Below are positions 1 through 9,754 of a stretch of DNA of 64,000 nt, in pieces. The notes beneath the pieces are model-generated. The model made no database searches. It saw nothing but the letters and a program-made list of their open reading frames with translations, and had not been told where the DNA came from. The DNA is from Candidatus Hermodarchaeota archaeon. GTDB taxonomy: Archaea; Asgardarchaeota; Lokiarchaeia; Sigyniarchaeales; SOKP01. A program made the position numbers and the translations under genes. Position 1 is the first letter of the stretch. The number at the start of each line of letters is the position of its first letter. Location: NCBI GenBank assembly GCA_048885925.1, contig JBHLLG010000011.1, forward strand, positions 1,200 to 65,199, read 5' to 3'.

Positions 1-683
1 CTACTAAAGCTCTTGCTATTACTACCACTACTCCCTTTTTTACTATATTATTTGCACTCTTTTTTCTAAATCTTCAATTTTCGCTCCAAATGCTTTTCTC
101 TGCAATTTTGATTGCAATTGGTGTCATAATAATTAGTGAAAAAGATATTAAAACAAATAATAAGATCAATAAAATAAGTTTTCAGAATTCGAATGATAAA
201 AATCAAATTGAATTAAAGCATAAGATCTTTTCTAATACTCTAAAAGGCTCTTTTTTGGCGCTTTTCACCGCAATTTCATGGGCAATAGGGATTGCATTAT
301 CAGATTACTCTATTTCTCAAGTAAATCAAGTATTAGAATTAGGAATATTGAGTACTATGATTGCTATGATGGTAAGATTTGTCTTTGCTTTTATATTTTT
401 AAGCACAGTTGCATTTATCCAAGAGAGACGAAATCCTTTACCTAAAAGTCGAACTACTTGGAAAATTTTGATTATCTCCGCTATATTAAGTTATTCAATT
501 GGTAGTTTATTTTTTGGAGAAGCTGTTCATACAGCTGGTGCTACATTTATGTCCTTAATTTCTACAGCAATGCCATTATTTACCATTCCTTTTTCTTATT
601 TAATAAATAAAGAAAAATTGTCGAAAAAAGGATTTCTAGGTGTAATTATTACTTTAGTAGGCGTTCTATTTATTTTATTCTAA
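1..683 (+). CDS. EamA/DMT-family transporter, 5'-truncated by the window edge
   Basis: The frame of ORF 90..683 stays open back to nt 3 (TKALAITTTTPFFTILFALFFLNLQFSLQM...), so the listed Met is internal. Hydrophobic helices run throughout. The C-terminal pattern ...AMPLFTIPFSYLINKEKLS..GVIITLVGVLFI is typical of an EamA repeat. Confidence 0.6.
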   Translation, partial: TKALAITTTTPFFTILFALFFLNLQFSLQMLFSAILIAIGVIIISEKDIKTNNKINKISFQNSNDKNQIELKHKIFSNTLKGSFLALFTAISWAIGIALSDYSISQVNQVLELGILSTMIAMMVRFVFAFIFLSTVAFIQERRNPLPKSRTTWKILIISAILSYSIGSLFFGEAVHTAGATFMSLISTAMPLFTIPFSYLINKEKLSKKGFLGVIITLVGVLFILF

Positions 684-792
684 ATAAATCTTCAATAAAG
701 AAAATTCATTTCAGAAACTAAAATGAATGAATATAGAAAATTATACCCAAAATCTTGGAAATTTTTAAATTCAAAAAATTAAACAAAATACT

Positions 793-1194
793 ATGAATAG
801 ATTAGAAACTGAAAAAAATCTTAAAGATATTGAAAGAGAAAAAAATTCTATTAAAAAAGCTATTATAGATTATTACCATGAAGGTCATGTTAAAAGTGAT
901 CCAGAACTTTACAAAAAGATACTTCATGATAAATGGAAATTTTTTCTATTCGATGAAAATGAAAATCTACGAATAGTTGATAAAGAAGAATATTTATCTT
1001 GGTATAATCCTAGAAATCTTAACGAGAATTTAACATGGACTACTGATTTTTTTTACATTGATATTACTGGAAATGTTGGAGCTGCTAAACTCAAACTGGA
1101 ATGTCAGGAAGTGGGCTATATAGATTACTTTAATTTGATGAAAATTAATGGTAAATGGTGGATTGTCCATAAATTATCCTATAAAATTAAATAA
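793..1194 (+). CDS. NTF2-fold protein (putative lumazine-binding / SnoaL-like family)
   Basis: IIDYYHEGHVKSDPELYKKILH...IDITGNVGAAKLKLE...YIDYFNLMKINGKWWIVHK matches the NTF2-like Lumazine_bd_2 pattern, which ends in g.WkIv.K. Confidence 0.6.
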   Translation: MNRLETEKNLKDIEREKNSIKKAIIDYYHEGHVKSDPELYKKILHDKWKFFLFDENENLRIVDKEEYLSWYNPRNLNENLTWTTDFFYIDITGNVGAAKLKLECQEVGYIDYFNLMKINGKWWIVHKLSYKIK

Positions 1195-1254
1195 ATTAAA
1201 ATAAGTTCTTGTTTTGAATCAAAACTTATATTTAATAAGATAAAATTCTCTGAC

Positions 1255-2625
1255 TTAGAGTTGTTTTCGTAAATTTAGAATTCTTTTTTCTAATTTTTTT
1301 ATTTTTTGATCAGCTCCATTTGAATCAGGAAAATTTTCAAGAATTTTGACTGCCTGCTGATAATAATTTATAGCATTGATATAATCTTTTCTTTTCTCCG
1401 CTTTTTCTCCTGCTTTCATAGCGTAATCAAGATCAATTTCTTTAATTTTCTTATCAAGCTCTAAAACCATAAATGATATTTTTCCAATCTCTTCCTTCAA
1501 ATCAAAACCTGTTGCTAAAAAAAGAGCTTTCTCATACTCTCTCTGTGCTTCTTTATATATTAAAGCTTTTTCAGCAGTTTCACCTTTTTTAACATAAAAG
1601 TTGATAGATGCTATGACTTCATCTAAGTTCATATACTTGGCTTTTTCTTTTAATTCGTTTATCGCATCATCATTAGCAATAATAGGAGAAATCAACTCAT
1701 TATTAGCAATTCTAGTTGCTTGAGATTCTTTAAATTGTAAAATATTGGTTTCTGCAGTTTCAATTGTCGTTGGATAAATTACATTTGACTGTAAAAGTTG
1801 ATAGATTTCATAGAGAATAACATTTGCTTCAATATTAACAATCTTTTGAACTTGATCAATTAGATTAATAATAAAAAAGAATTGTTTTGTAGCTAGTAAT
1901 TTTTTTGCAAAATCTATTATAGCTTTTTGAATTGGATTTTTTTTTATTTCTTCTAATTTATCTGGTAAAATTGTATGTGTGAGAACCATTGGGAATACTA
2001 ATTTAATATTAAAGGTCTCTATGATAAAATCTATTGTATCTTCAAAATTAAGCATTCCAACATTAATAAGCCTCTCAAGTCTATCTAGATATCGACTTTC
2101 GTAATCATTTAAAAAATCAGATACAAGGGTTTTAAGACTATCAGAAGCCTTATGATCTAAAACTAGACAGATCCTAAGAAATTCTCCATTTTTCAGTAAA
2201 ATATTAAAGGTTTCATACTGAAATTCATAAAACTTACGATTTTGTTTATATGATTGAATATTTTCTGAGCTGCTTCCTGATTCAGAAAAAGTAATATTTG
2301 CTTGTATGAATCCCGTTAAAAATTCTATATTTACACCTGCTCCTGAAATGGGATAACTTATTACAGGTAAACCAATTTTTGTCATTAATAGAATATGTTT
2401 AACATTTAATACATCTAAAAATTTTTGCCAGATTAAATCTCGAAACATTTGAAGACGTTTTTCTTCTGAATCAATCCAGATAATTTTTATATTGGGTGTA
2501 ACGTCTAAACCTAATTTTTTAAGTTGAACTGTAACACATTCTTTACAAAAATCGGGATACTTATCACAACTATTATTATCCCATCCACAATTAAATCCTA
2601 TTCTACTAATTTGGAAATAAACCAT
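1255..2625 (-). CDS. Multidomain protein: N-terminal Cys cluster, roadblock/longin-like domain, C-terminal helical (TPR-like) repeats
   Basis: 456-aa ORF. CGWDNNSCDKYPDFCKEC is a possible Zn site. HILLMTKIGLPVISYPISGAGVNIEFLTGFIQANITFSE...YETFNILLKNGEFLRICLVLD shows the beta-alpha-beta-beta pattern of roadblock/LC7-type domains. The tail carries ...KEAQREYEKALFLA... and ...YINAINYYQQAVKILE... TPR-like helices. Confidence 0.4.
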   Translation of the reverse strand: MVYFQISRIGFNCGWDNNSCDKYPDFCKECVTVQLKKLGLDVTPNIKIIWIDSEEKRLQMFRDLIWQKFLDVLNVKHILLMTKIGLPVISYPISGAGVNIEFLTGFIQANITFSESGSSSENIQSYKQNRKFYEFQYETFNILLKNGEFLRICLVLDHKASDSLKTLVSDFLNDYESRYLDRLERLINVGMLNFEDTIDFIIETFNIKLVFPMVLTHTILPDKLEEIKKNPIQKAIIDFAKKLLATKQFFFIINLIDQVQKIVNIEANVILYEIYQLLQSNVIYPTTIETAETNILQFKESQATRIANNELISPIIANDDAINELKEKAKYMNLDEVIASINFYVKKGETAEKALIYKEAQREYEKALFLATGFDLKEEIGKISFMVLELDKKIKEIDLDYAMKAGEKAEKRKDYINAINYYQQAVKILENFPDSNGADQKIKKLEKRILNLRKQL

Positions 2626-2957
2626 TTAAATCAATAATATTCAATCTTCTATAACTATATTTTTAAAACAAAATTAAGATAAATTTTAAAGAGTGTTTAA
2701 TTCACCTTCAGCTAAATTATAATTTGAAAATTTTTAAAATTTTTCAATCTTCTGAGAATGTATGATAATAGAACGTAATAAGAATCATTTAATCTAAGCA
2801 GTCTAGATTTCAGTCTAAAATTATTATCACTCCTATTCAGAAAATACATAGTTATTTGACTAATTTTTACTATACATAAATTATCACATTTTAAAATAAG
2901 TCTGAGAAATCCTAGAAGAACTCTCTTCTAGGATTATGATATGGAAAGTTGCATTCT

Positions 2958-3914
2958 TTAATTTATTACGTTGATATTAGCTTCTTCAAAACCTAATTTT
3001 TGTTTTAACCTGGTCTCTTTTCGTTTTGAAGCAACCATAATTTGAAAGCTTAAGTCCTTTTTATAGAGATTAGCACTCTTCATTATTTTTTTAGCAGTAG
3101 CTATTTTAACAGAATTATCTTTAATTTCTGCTCCATTAAACACAGGGAGTTCTGAGAATTTTTTTATTAATTCTTCAGTTAATTCATCTGGTAATACATC
3201 AGATCTATCCCTAACTGCTGTATGGATTACTTCTTCTAATTTAATGTAGATTTCTCTCTTGCTATACTGACAAAGCATGCATTTTGAACATCGATTTTTA
3301 AAAATATTTAAAATAATTAAACTAATAAGGTATTTGAAATTTTGGATCAATGTATCTCTATCTATAATTCCAAATTCTTTGATATATTCCTGTGCATAAA
3401 TCTCTGATTCTGTGTACAGGTTAGAAAAAAACTTGGCTCTATCAAAATATGCTGGTACGATACAAAAAATTCGAGTAAACCAAAAAGGTTTAATCGCTAT
3501 TGGAGGTTCTTCATAGAATTTATAATAAACTAATCTTCCTTCTCTTTCTGTATATAAAGTGGATTCCTTTTTTAACATATTTAAATAAGTTGAAGTAGTC
3601 GAACGCGCAATATCTTTAAAATACTTCTTATATTCATCCTCAACTTTTCTAGTGGTTATTTTACCTTTTCCTTTTAATAAGGATTTTAAGAAAATACCTA
3701 AAATTCTATTTTCATGAAGTTGTCCCGTCTTTATTTGTTGTTCTTCCGCTTCGTCTTCTCGGTATTGGTATAAATGTGCTACTTCTGGGGCAAAATCTTG
3801 AATAATATTATCTAAACGCTTAAATTCAGAGACTTCAGTTTCTACACTTTCTAATTTAGTGCTTTTTAATAAGAGGTTTTCGATATCTATCTCTTCTTTT
3901 TCATTTCTTAACAA
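2958..3914 (-). CDS. Hypothetical protein with probable winged-helix segment
   Basis: 318-aa ORF with a TTG start. ITTRKVEDEYKKYFKDIARSTTSTYLNMLKKESTLYTEREGRLVYYKF resembles a wHTH recognition helix plus wing. Confidence 0.35.
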   Translation of the reverse strand: MLRNEKEEIDIENLLLKSTKLESVETEVSEFKRLDNIIQDFAPEVAHLYQYREDEAEEQQIKTGQLHENRILGIFLKSLLKGKGKITTRKVEDEYKKYFKDIARSTTSTYLNMLKKESTLYTEREGRLVYYKFYEEPPIAIKPFWFTRIFCIVPAYFDRAKFFSNLYTESEIYAQEYIKEFGIIDRDTLIQNFKYLISLIILNIFKNRCSKCMLCQYSKREIYIKLEEVIHTAVRDRSDVLPDELTEELIKKFSELPVFNGAEIKDNSVKIATAKKIMKSANLYKKDLSFQIMVASKRKETRLKQKLGFEEANINVIN

Positions 3915-4094
3915 ATTAAAAATCTCGTTTTAACGTGTTTTTTAGATATTCTAAACTTGATCTATATTAAATTTCAATTCATATATAGATTTTTAATTCG
4001 GACTTCATGTGAAGTTCATACTTTAGTACGAAGTATAGAATTTATATAAGAGAATGAATTAATATATATAAAAACAGATAAATTGTGATTATTC

Positions 4095-7070
4095 ATGAGT
4101 AGAACTGAAGAAATTACATATCCTCCTGAAGATATTCTAAATCCGAGAAATGGAAAAACAGATTATGAATATATAATCCTTTGGATGTTAAACGCTAATG
4201 ATTTATGCCAGTGGAGCGATTTTACGGTAGAAATTAGTGGATCAACCTTACATGGATATTTAAAGAAACTTTTAAACAAAGGTTATATTGACCGCCCCGA
4301 AAGAAATCAATATAGAATTACCGCAAAGGGGAGAGATAGGTTTAGTGAAGCGACCTATGATAGAAAATTGGGAAAAAGAAAATTAAAATATCCTCCAAAA
4401 GCTATTCTAAAGAGGCGGAACTATGATCATTGGATTTTATGGATGTTATCTAATAACTATTCATGCAAATGGTCTGATTTTAAACAAGAGCCGCTTTCAA
4501 TTAACCAATCCTCTTTATCTAGTACTCTAAATATATTATTGGATAAGCAATTTGTTGTTAGAAATAATAAAGAATATACAATTACTTCTACAGGAAAGAT
4601 TGAGTATCTAAGAATATTGAAATTGTATGATTTAGATCGGCAATCTATTTTAGAGCAAGAGAGTAAAAGAATTGAAGAAATCACTGAAAAGACAAAGGAA
4701 TTTTTTAATAAATATAAGATTGAAATCGCAGAACTGAAGTTCAGGTATCTTGATCTTGTTTTAAAGTTACCTTATTCAAAAGTAAAAACAGTGTTAAAAG
4801 ATGAGCAAGATTTTAATAAAATTTTACTATTCCTTGCAATCAATCATCCAGATAATTATCCTAATTATATTTCACCAGAAGTATTTTCTGGAAAATATGA
4901 TATTGATCGAATATCGCTTAATTATTACATAAATGAAATTGTTGATAATCAATTTTTCCAAATAGAATTCTTTAAGTTAGAAGATGACAAAGATAGGATT
5001 TATTATTTCCAAAAAAATGAACCACTTGAAAAATTACTTAATGCTACTGTTGAGAAGCATATTACAAAAATCACTTATTTGAATAAATTTCAAAGAAATC
5101 CAACTATTAATATTGATCAATTGTTAGAGAAGATTATAAATGATATATGTATTCATATCTTTCATAATGGTTTGAGAGAATCATTAAGAGATTTTTTACC
5201 AAATTATATAAAAAACTCAGCATATAAAATCGAATCTGAAAAAAAATTAATTGATAGTGAGGCAAAATTAGAAGGTTTTGTGTGGCAAAATATTTTTGAG
5301 GAGTTTCAAACTTTTGAACCATCAGCATCAGTAAATAATGGTAGTTTAGATGAATATTATTATACATTGGATAAACAAATTTTTGATGTTTTAGATATTA
5401 TGTTTATCTCAAAACTGAATTTTATCACAATTCAAGAATTTAAAAATACGGCTAATCTTAAAAAAGTAAAGATTCTTGATGAATTTATCAAATTATTATA
5501 TAGAAGTAAAATATCAAGAGCAAAAAATCTATATAGAAAGACTTTATCCGAATTAGATGAAATTCAGAAATTAATATTAAATGATATTCTTGTCACAGAA
5601 GAGTGTAATTTTAAAAAGTCTATTAACATTACAACAGAACTAATTAGGAAATTTCCATCAAAGTTTATTGGTTATTTATTACAATCTATTTCTTACTTTC
5701 TAATGGATGATTATGAAAACGCATTAAAAGTTATTGAAGAGGGATTTAAAAATGCACCCCATGTCCTTTTACTTTGTCAAAAAGCGCAAATATTTATTAA
5801 AGTTATGAGACAGGAAGAGATATTAAGTGAAATTAATGAAGCATTGTTGAATAATCCGCAACATATTTTATTACTACGAATTAAATATGCGCTTATTCTA
5901 ACTCATACTTTTAATAATTACCTAAGAAGTGGTGACGATCCCTTAAATGTCATAAATAATACGATAAAAATACGCCCAAATGATAAAGAATTATTAGTTT
6001 TAAAGAGTTTATTCTACTTTTTGATAAACAAATATAAAGAAGGAAAAGAACTTCTAATTAAAGAAATAGGATTTAATATATTTAATAAGAATCCTAAAAT
6101 AGATATACCTGCTTTTTTTCTTTTAGTTTTTTCTTATACTGCTAAAGGTAAATTCGATAAAGCTTTTAAAATTGCTAATCAGTTAAATGACATTTATCCA
6201 AATCACCCGATATCATATTTAACAAAAGCAATTGTAATGGGATATAATTTAATTTATGGATTTAAACTTCAAGATGCAGATATTGATACATTTAAAGAAT
6301 TAATTGAAAAAGCTATTTCACTTGAACGTCTTAACTACAAAAAGGTTAAGTATCTTCTGTTTCAAGCACGGGTATTTCATGAAATTAAGTATGAAGGTTC
6401 AATTAATATAATCAATAATGCAATTGATATAATTCCTACATTATCAAAACTTTATGCTGCTAAAGCTTATTTTTTAATGACTAATGGTAAAGAATTTGAA
6501 GCATTAAATTTAATTGATGAGACAGTTCACAAAAATCCTAATTTAAAATATATACTGCATTTTCAAAAATCTTTTATCCTTTTTGGAATGAAAAGATATG
6601 AAGAAAGCTTGAAAATTATAGATGAATTACTAAAAACACACCCAAATGGTATTAAATTACTCAATAATAAAGCTATATTCTTAGCTTTTATGGGCAAAAA
6701 AGATGAAGCCATTGAAACTGTTGAATATTTAATAAGTCTTAATCCAAATTTGGGAAATTCATATGATACATACGGAGAAATTTTAATGAATTTTAAAGAT
6801 TATGAGAATGCAATTAAAAAATATGAACATGCATTAAAAATAGAATCATTAGGGGGTTTTACTTTTCAAACCTGTGCAAAACTAGGCTTATGTTATCAGG
6901 AGCTAAAAAAGTATGATCAGGCTCTAAAGTATTTTGAAAAAGGTAAATTGCTAACAGAACGAATGATTCCTAGTGAAAGGGAACTTTATTTACATAAATC
7001 AGAAGAATATCTTTCAGAACTCAAGATATTAATGAATAAGTCAAATGATTATAATAATATGAAAAATTGA
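4095..7070 (+). CDS. Tandem winged-helix + long TPR-repeat protein
   Basis: 991 aa. Two similar N-terminal modules: YEYIILWMLNANDLCQWSDF..STLHGYLKKLLNKGYIDR...YRITAKGRDRF and YDHWILWMLSNNYSCKWSDF..SSLSSTLNILLDKQFVVR..EYTITSTGKIEY. The C-terminal ~500 aa contain many TPR-like units, e.g. NSYDTYGEILMNFKDYENAIKKYEHALKIE and CAKLGLCYQELKKYDQALKYFEKG. Confidence 0.7.
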   Translation: MSRTEEITYPPEDILNPRNGKTDYEYIILWMLNANDLCQWSDFTVEISGSTLHGYLKKLLNKGYIDRPERNQYRITAKGRDRFSEATYDRKLGKRKLKYPPKAILKRRNYDHWILWMLSNNYSCKWSDFKQEPLSINQSSLSSTLNILLDKQFVVRNNKEYTITSTGKIEYLRILKLYDLDRQSILEQESKRIEEITEKTKEFFNKYKIEIAELKFRYLDLVLKLPYSKVKTVLKDEQDFNKILLFLAINHPDNYPNYISPEVFSGKYDIDRISLNYYINEIVDNQFFQIEFFKLEDDKDRIYYFQKNEPLEKLLNATVEKHITKITYLNKFQRNPTINIDQLLEKIINDICIHIFHNGLRESLRDFLPNYIKNSAYKIESEKKLIDSEAKLEGFVWQNIFEEFQTFEPSASVNNGSLDEYYYTLDKQIFDVLDIMFISKLNFITIQEFKNTANLKKVKILDEFIKLLYRSKISRAKNLYRKTLSELDEIQKLILNDILVTEECNFKKSINITTELIRKFPSKFIGYLLQSISYFLMDDYENALKVIEEGFKNAPHVLLLCQKAQIFIKVMRQEEILSEINEALLNNPQHILLLRIKYALILTHTFNNYLRSGDDPLNVINNTIKIRPNDKELLVLKSLFYFLINKYKEGKELLIKEIGFNIFNKNPKIDIPAFFLLVFSYTAKGKFDKAFKIANQLNDIYPNHPISYLTKAIVMGYNLIYGFKLQDADIDTFKELIEKAISLERLNYKKVKYLLFQARVFHEIKYEGSINIINNAIDIIPTLSKLYAAKAYFLMTNGKEFEALNLIDETVHKNPNLKYILHFQKSFILFGMKRYEESLKIIDELLKTHPNGIKLLNNKAIFLAFMGKKDEAIETVEYLISLNPNLGNSYDTYGEILMNFKDYENAIKKYEHALKIESLGGFTFQTCAKLGLCYQELKKYDQALKYFEKGKLLTERMIPSERELYLHKSEEYLSELKILMNKSNDYNNMKN

Positions 7071-7081
7071 ATGTGATCTGA

Positions 7082-7747
7082 TTGGAATATCGATTCTTAA
7101 AATCTTTCAAGATTAATTCTGATTTTGGGTCATTATTGTCTGTGGATATTAGTTCCTATGCTGATGATACTGACTTTAATAATTTAATTGAGGAAATAAT
7201 GAACGAAATTGTAGATTCTGTCCAAAGAGGACAATTTCCAGATTATTTTTGGATAAAAGGGATTTCTAACAAAAAAAAATATTCAATCTGCAAAGACATC
7301 ATAGGACTGATCAAAGAACTTTATCCAACCCAGAAAATTGGAATGAACTTAAATTGCGCACTGTTTCAAGACGAGAATTTAAGAAACTACTTATATAAAT
7401 GCGATTTAGTTGCAATAAATTTGAACAGTATCGAATTATTAAATTTCTCAAAAATTAATAAATGTCCCGAATCTGCAAATCCAATAGAAATTTTAGATGG
7501 AATTAAAGAATTTAGAAGAAATTTTGATGGCAATCTTGGAATCTATATTCTATTTATAAGAGGCGTAAATGATAACACTAAAACTCTAGAGCATTTGAAA
7601 AAATATTTATTAGAACTTATGCCTGATCATTGTTCTATAAGTAATTACGTTTTAAATGGTTTTAAACCTATAACAGATAAGTTTAAACTAGTACTTAAAG
7701 AAAGTCTGAAAGATTTACCCTTTAAGGTTATTTATACTTTTAATTAA
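7082..7747 (+). CDS. Radical-SAM-fold-like protein lacking the CX3CX2C cluster motif (possible pseudoenzyme)
   Basis: TTG start 11 nt after the preceding stop. It is collinear with COG0731-type radical SAM proteins: ..FGSLLSVDIS.. sits where GrSLGvdl precedes the Cys motif, and DLVAINLNSIE..F.KINKCP....IEILDGIKEFRRNFDGNLGIYILFIRGVNDNTKTLEHLKKYLLELMPDH follows. No Cys triad and no GGEP-like motif are present. Confidence 0.4.
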   Translation: MEYRFLKSFKINSDFGSLLSVDISSYADDTDFNNLIEEIMNEIVDSVQRGQFPDYFWIKGISNKKKYSICKDIIGLIKELYPTQKIGMNLNCALFQDENLRNYLYKCDLVAINLNSIELLNFSKINKCPESANPIEILDGIKEFRRNFDGNLGIYILFIRGVNDNTKTLEHLKKYLLELMPDHCSISNYVLNGFKPITDKFKLVLKESLKDLPFKVIYTFN

Positions 7748-7853
7748 GAAATTTGTGAGAGAGATAAACAGATCAATATCCTTAATCAGAAGCATACTGA
7801 ATAATTATAGAGTGAGTTTTTTATTCCCGTGTAGAATGGTAGTCTCCAACTAT

Positions 7854-8462
7854 TTATATAAACCTAATGTAAGTTCCTCGATGAGAGTAGATGTAAAATA
7901 GATTCAAAAATATTTCCTTTTTAACTTTTCTCCGGAATTCTTTATTGAGATATGTAGCTGATCCAAATCTTATTTTTCCCCCATTAAACATATAGATTTT
8001 TACTATTCCCTGCACCTTGATTCCCATGTATGTTTGGGTAAAATATTTGATATTATTTACTTCAATCCATGAAAAGATACCTGAGCTTAAGATTTTTCGA
8101 TAGTAAAAACCTAAAGGACAAATAACTAGAAATACTCTTGAAGTAAGCAAACTAAATGAAATTACTGGCAATCCGAGAATTGGAAAAGTAATGAAAAGCA
8201 CAGAGCCGGGATCGGGGATGAATAAAGCAAAAAATGATACTATTACTATCACGAACATCAAGATTGTTAGAATCCAACCTCCTATATTCAATCCACCCTT
8301 TAGCACAAATATTTTACCTTTTAAGAATTCCCCAAGAATTTCTTCTTTTGTTGAGTAATTTCCGAATTGATAATTCCCCTTTTTATATTTCTGATACTCT
8401 AAGAGATATTCATCTAAATTTTTAATCTCACCATATGCATCCTTAGGAATCTCTTCTGTCAT
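7854..8462 (-). CDS. Two-TM membrane protein, member of a local paralogous family
   Basis: LDEYLLEYQKYKKGNYQFGNYSTKEEILGEFLKGKIFVLKGGLNIGGWILTIL is clearly similar to both halves of ORF 18037..19236. The C-terminal KEFRRKVKKEIFLNLF parallels NREFPRNYANMFLNLF. Confidence 0.6.
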   Translation of the reverse strand: MTEEIPKDAYGEIKNLDEYLLEYQKYKKGNYQFGNYSTKEEILGEFLKGKIFVLKGGLNIGGWILTILMFVIVIVSFFALFIPDPGSVLFITFPILGLPVISFSLLTSRVFLVICPLGFYYRKILSSGIFSWIEVNNIKYFTQTYMGIKVQGIVKIYMFNGGKIRFGSATYLNKEFRRKVKKEIFLNLFYIYSHRGTYIRFI

Positions 8463-8605
8463 TATTTCAAACTACTTTCAATACAAATTTTTTTTTTAAT
8501 ATATCAAAATTATTGTATTCGCTACAAGTTATTATGAAATTCGAACAGTTTTAAATTTTCGCTAAAAGAACTTTTCTCTCTCAAATTAACTTTATCATTA
8601 AAAAC

Positions 8606-9130
8606 CTATTCAGTGAATTTCAGATATGTTAATCTTTTGCTAAAAATATTTATATTATTTTCCATGTACTGGAAATACTCGAAAAGAGCTTGAAAACATA
8701 TTTTTACGATATCAAAATCAGATTTCGCATCTTTTTCTCCATGAGCAATATTATGTCTAGCTATTCGAAGTTTCATGATAACTGAAAATACATTATCAGG
8801 GATATGAATTTTATAGAGATCTTTCATTAATTTTTCAATTATGTCATGAAAGCTCTGATATCGACTGTCAAATTCACTTTTGGTAATCTTTAAATCATTC
8901 ATTGTCAATTTCTTAAAGAATTCTCTTGTAAATCCTTCATATAAACTGTAAAAATAAACCAGAGCCATATTTATTAAACTCTTTAATCTTATATTGTAAC
9001 TCTCTTCATTGACCTTTTTATTCATTTTTTTATATTCAAGCCAATCTTTTGAATCTTTCAAAAACTCAAAAGTATGAATTATTATTTCATAATACTCTGA
9101 AATTTGGAGAGCCTTTTCTTCTATGGACAT
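8606..9130 (-). CDS. HEPN-domain protein (Rx4H motif), RiboL-PSP/Abi-like
   Basis: 174 aa, all-helical composition. LRIARHNIAHGEKD contains R-x4-H followed by G, as in HEPN ribonuclease families. Confidence 0.5.
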   Translation of the reverse strand: MSIEEKALQISEYYEIIIHTFEFLKDSKDWLEYKKMNKKVNEESYNIRLKSLINMALVYFYSLYEGFTREFFKKLTMNDLKITKSEFDSRYQSFHDIIEKLMKDLYKIHIPDNVFSVIMKLRIARHNIAHGEKDAKSDFDIVKICFQALFEYFQYMENNINIFSKRLTYLKFTE

Positions 9131-9429
9131 AAGATTACCTCTAAAAATTATACTTGAAGCCAGAATATGAATATGTTGAAGTTATTTAAAAGAAAAATTA
9201 ATTATTAATTATTTAAGCAAGCAAGATACTGGATTATTTATTGTATCTCTCTAAATTAGCTAAAGCCTTTATGATAATCTTAAATAAGTAATTATAATTA
9301 TATTACATAATTGTCAAAGATTCTCTGTATTTATACTATTTTGTAAATTTAAGAAAATAACCTTCTCTAAAACTTCTCTAAAAAATAAAAAAGAGTTAAA
9401 GATTAATTACCGTCCTTTAATACTAAATA

Positions 9430-9636
9430 TTGAAGAACTATAAAAAGAAAAAAAGTAATAATAGATCTATCATGGAAGATAAAGAATTAAAAGAAGCGTT
9501 AGGAAAGATTGGATTAGCTATAACCTCTATAGAAAAGAATGTTAAATCAATCGAACAAATATTAAGGATTTTTCTGGTATTTTTTATAATTACTTTGATC
9601 ATTGGATTCTTCTACGGTCTATCTCTTTCAGCATAA
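9430..9636 (+). CDS. Small single-TM protein
   Basis: TTG start, with an internal ATG at MEDKELKEAL also possible. Amphipathic N-terminus followed by the hydrophobic helix IFLVFFIITLIIGFFYGLSL. Confidence 0.3.
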   Translation: MKNYKKKKSNNRSIMEDKELKEALGKIGLAITSIEKNVKSIEQILRIFLVFFIITLIIGFFYGLSLSA

Positions 9637-9754
9637 TTAAAAGATCTTAAAAATATCCACAACAATACCTAAAACTAATCCATTATTGTAAAACTTTAAA
9701 TAAGTAATAAACACTAGATTTTTTTGTAATTTTTAATATTTTTGAGGGAGGAAG

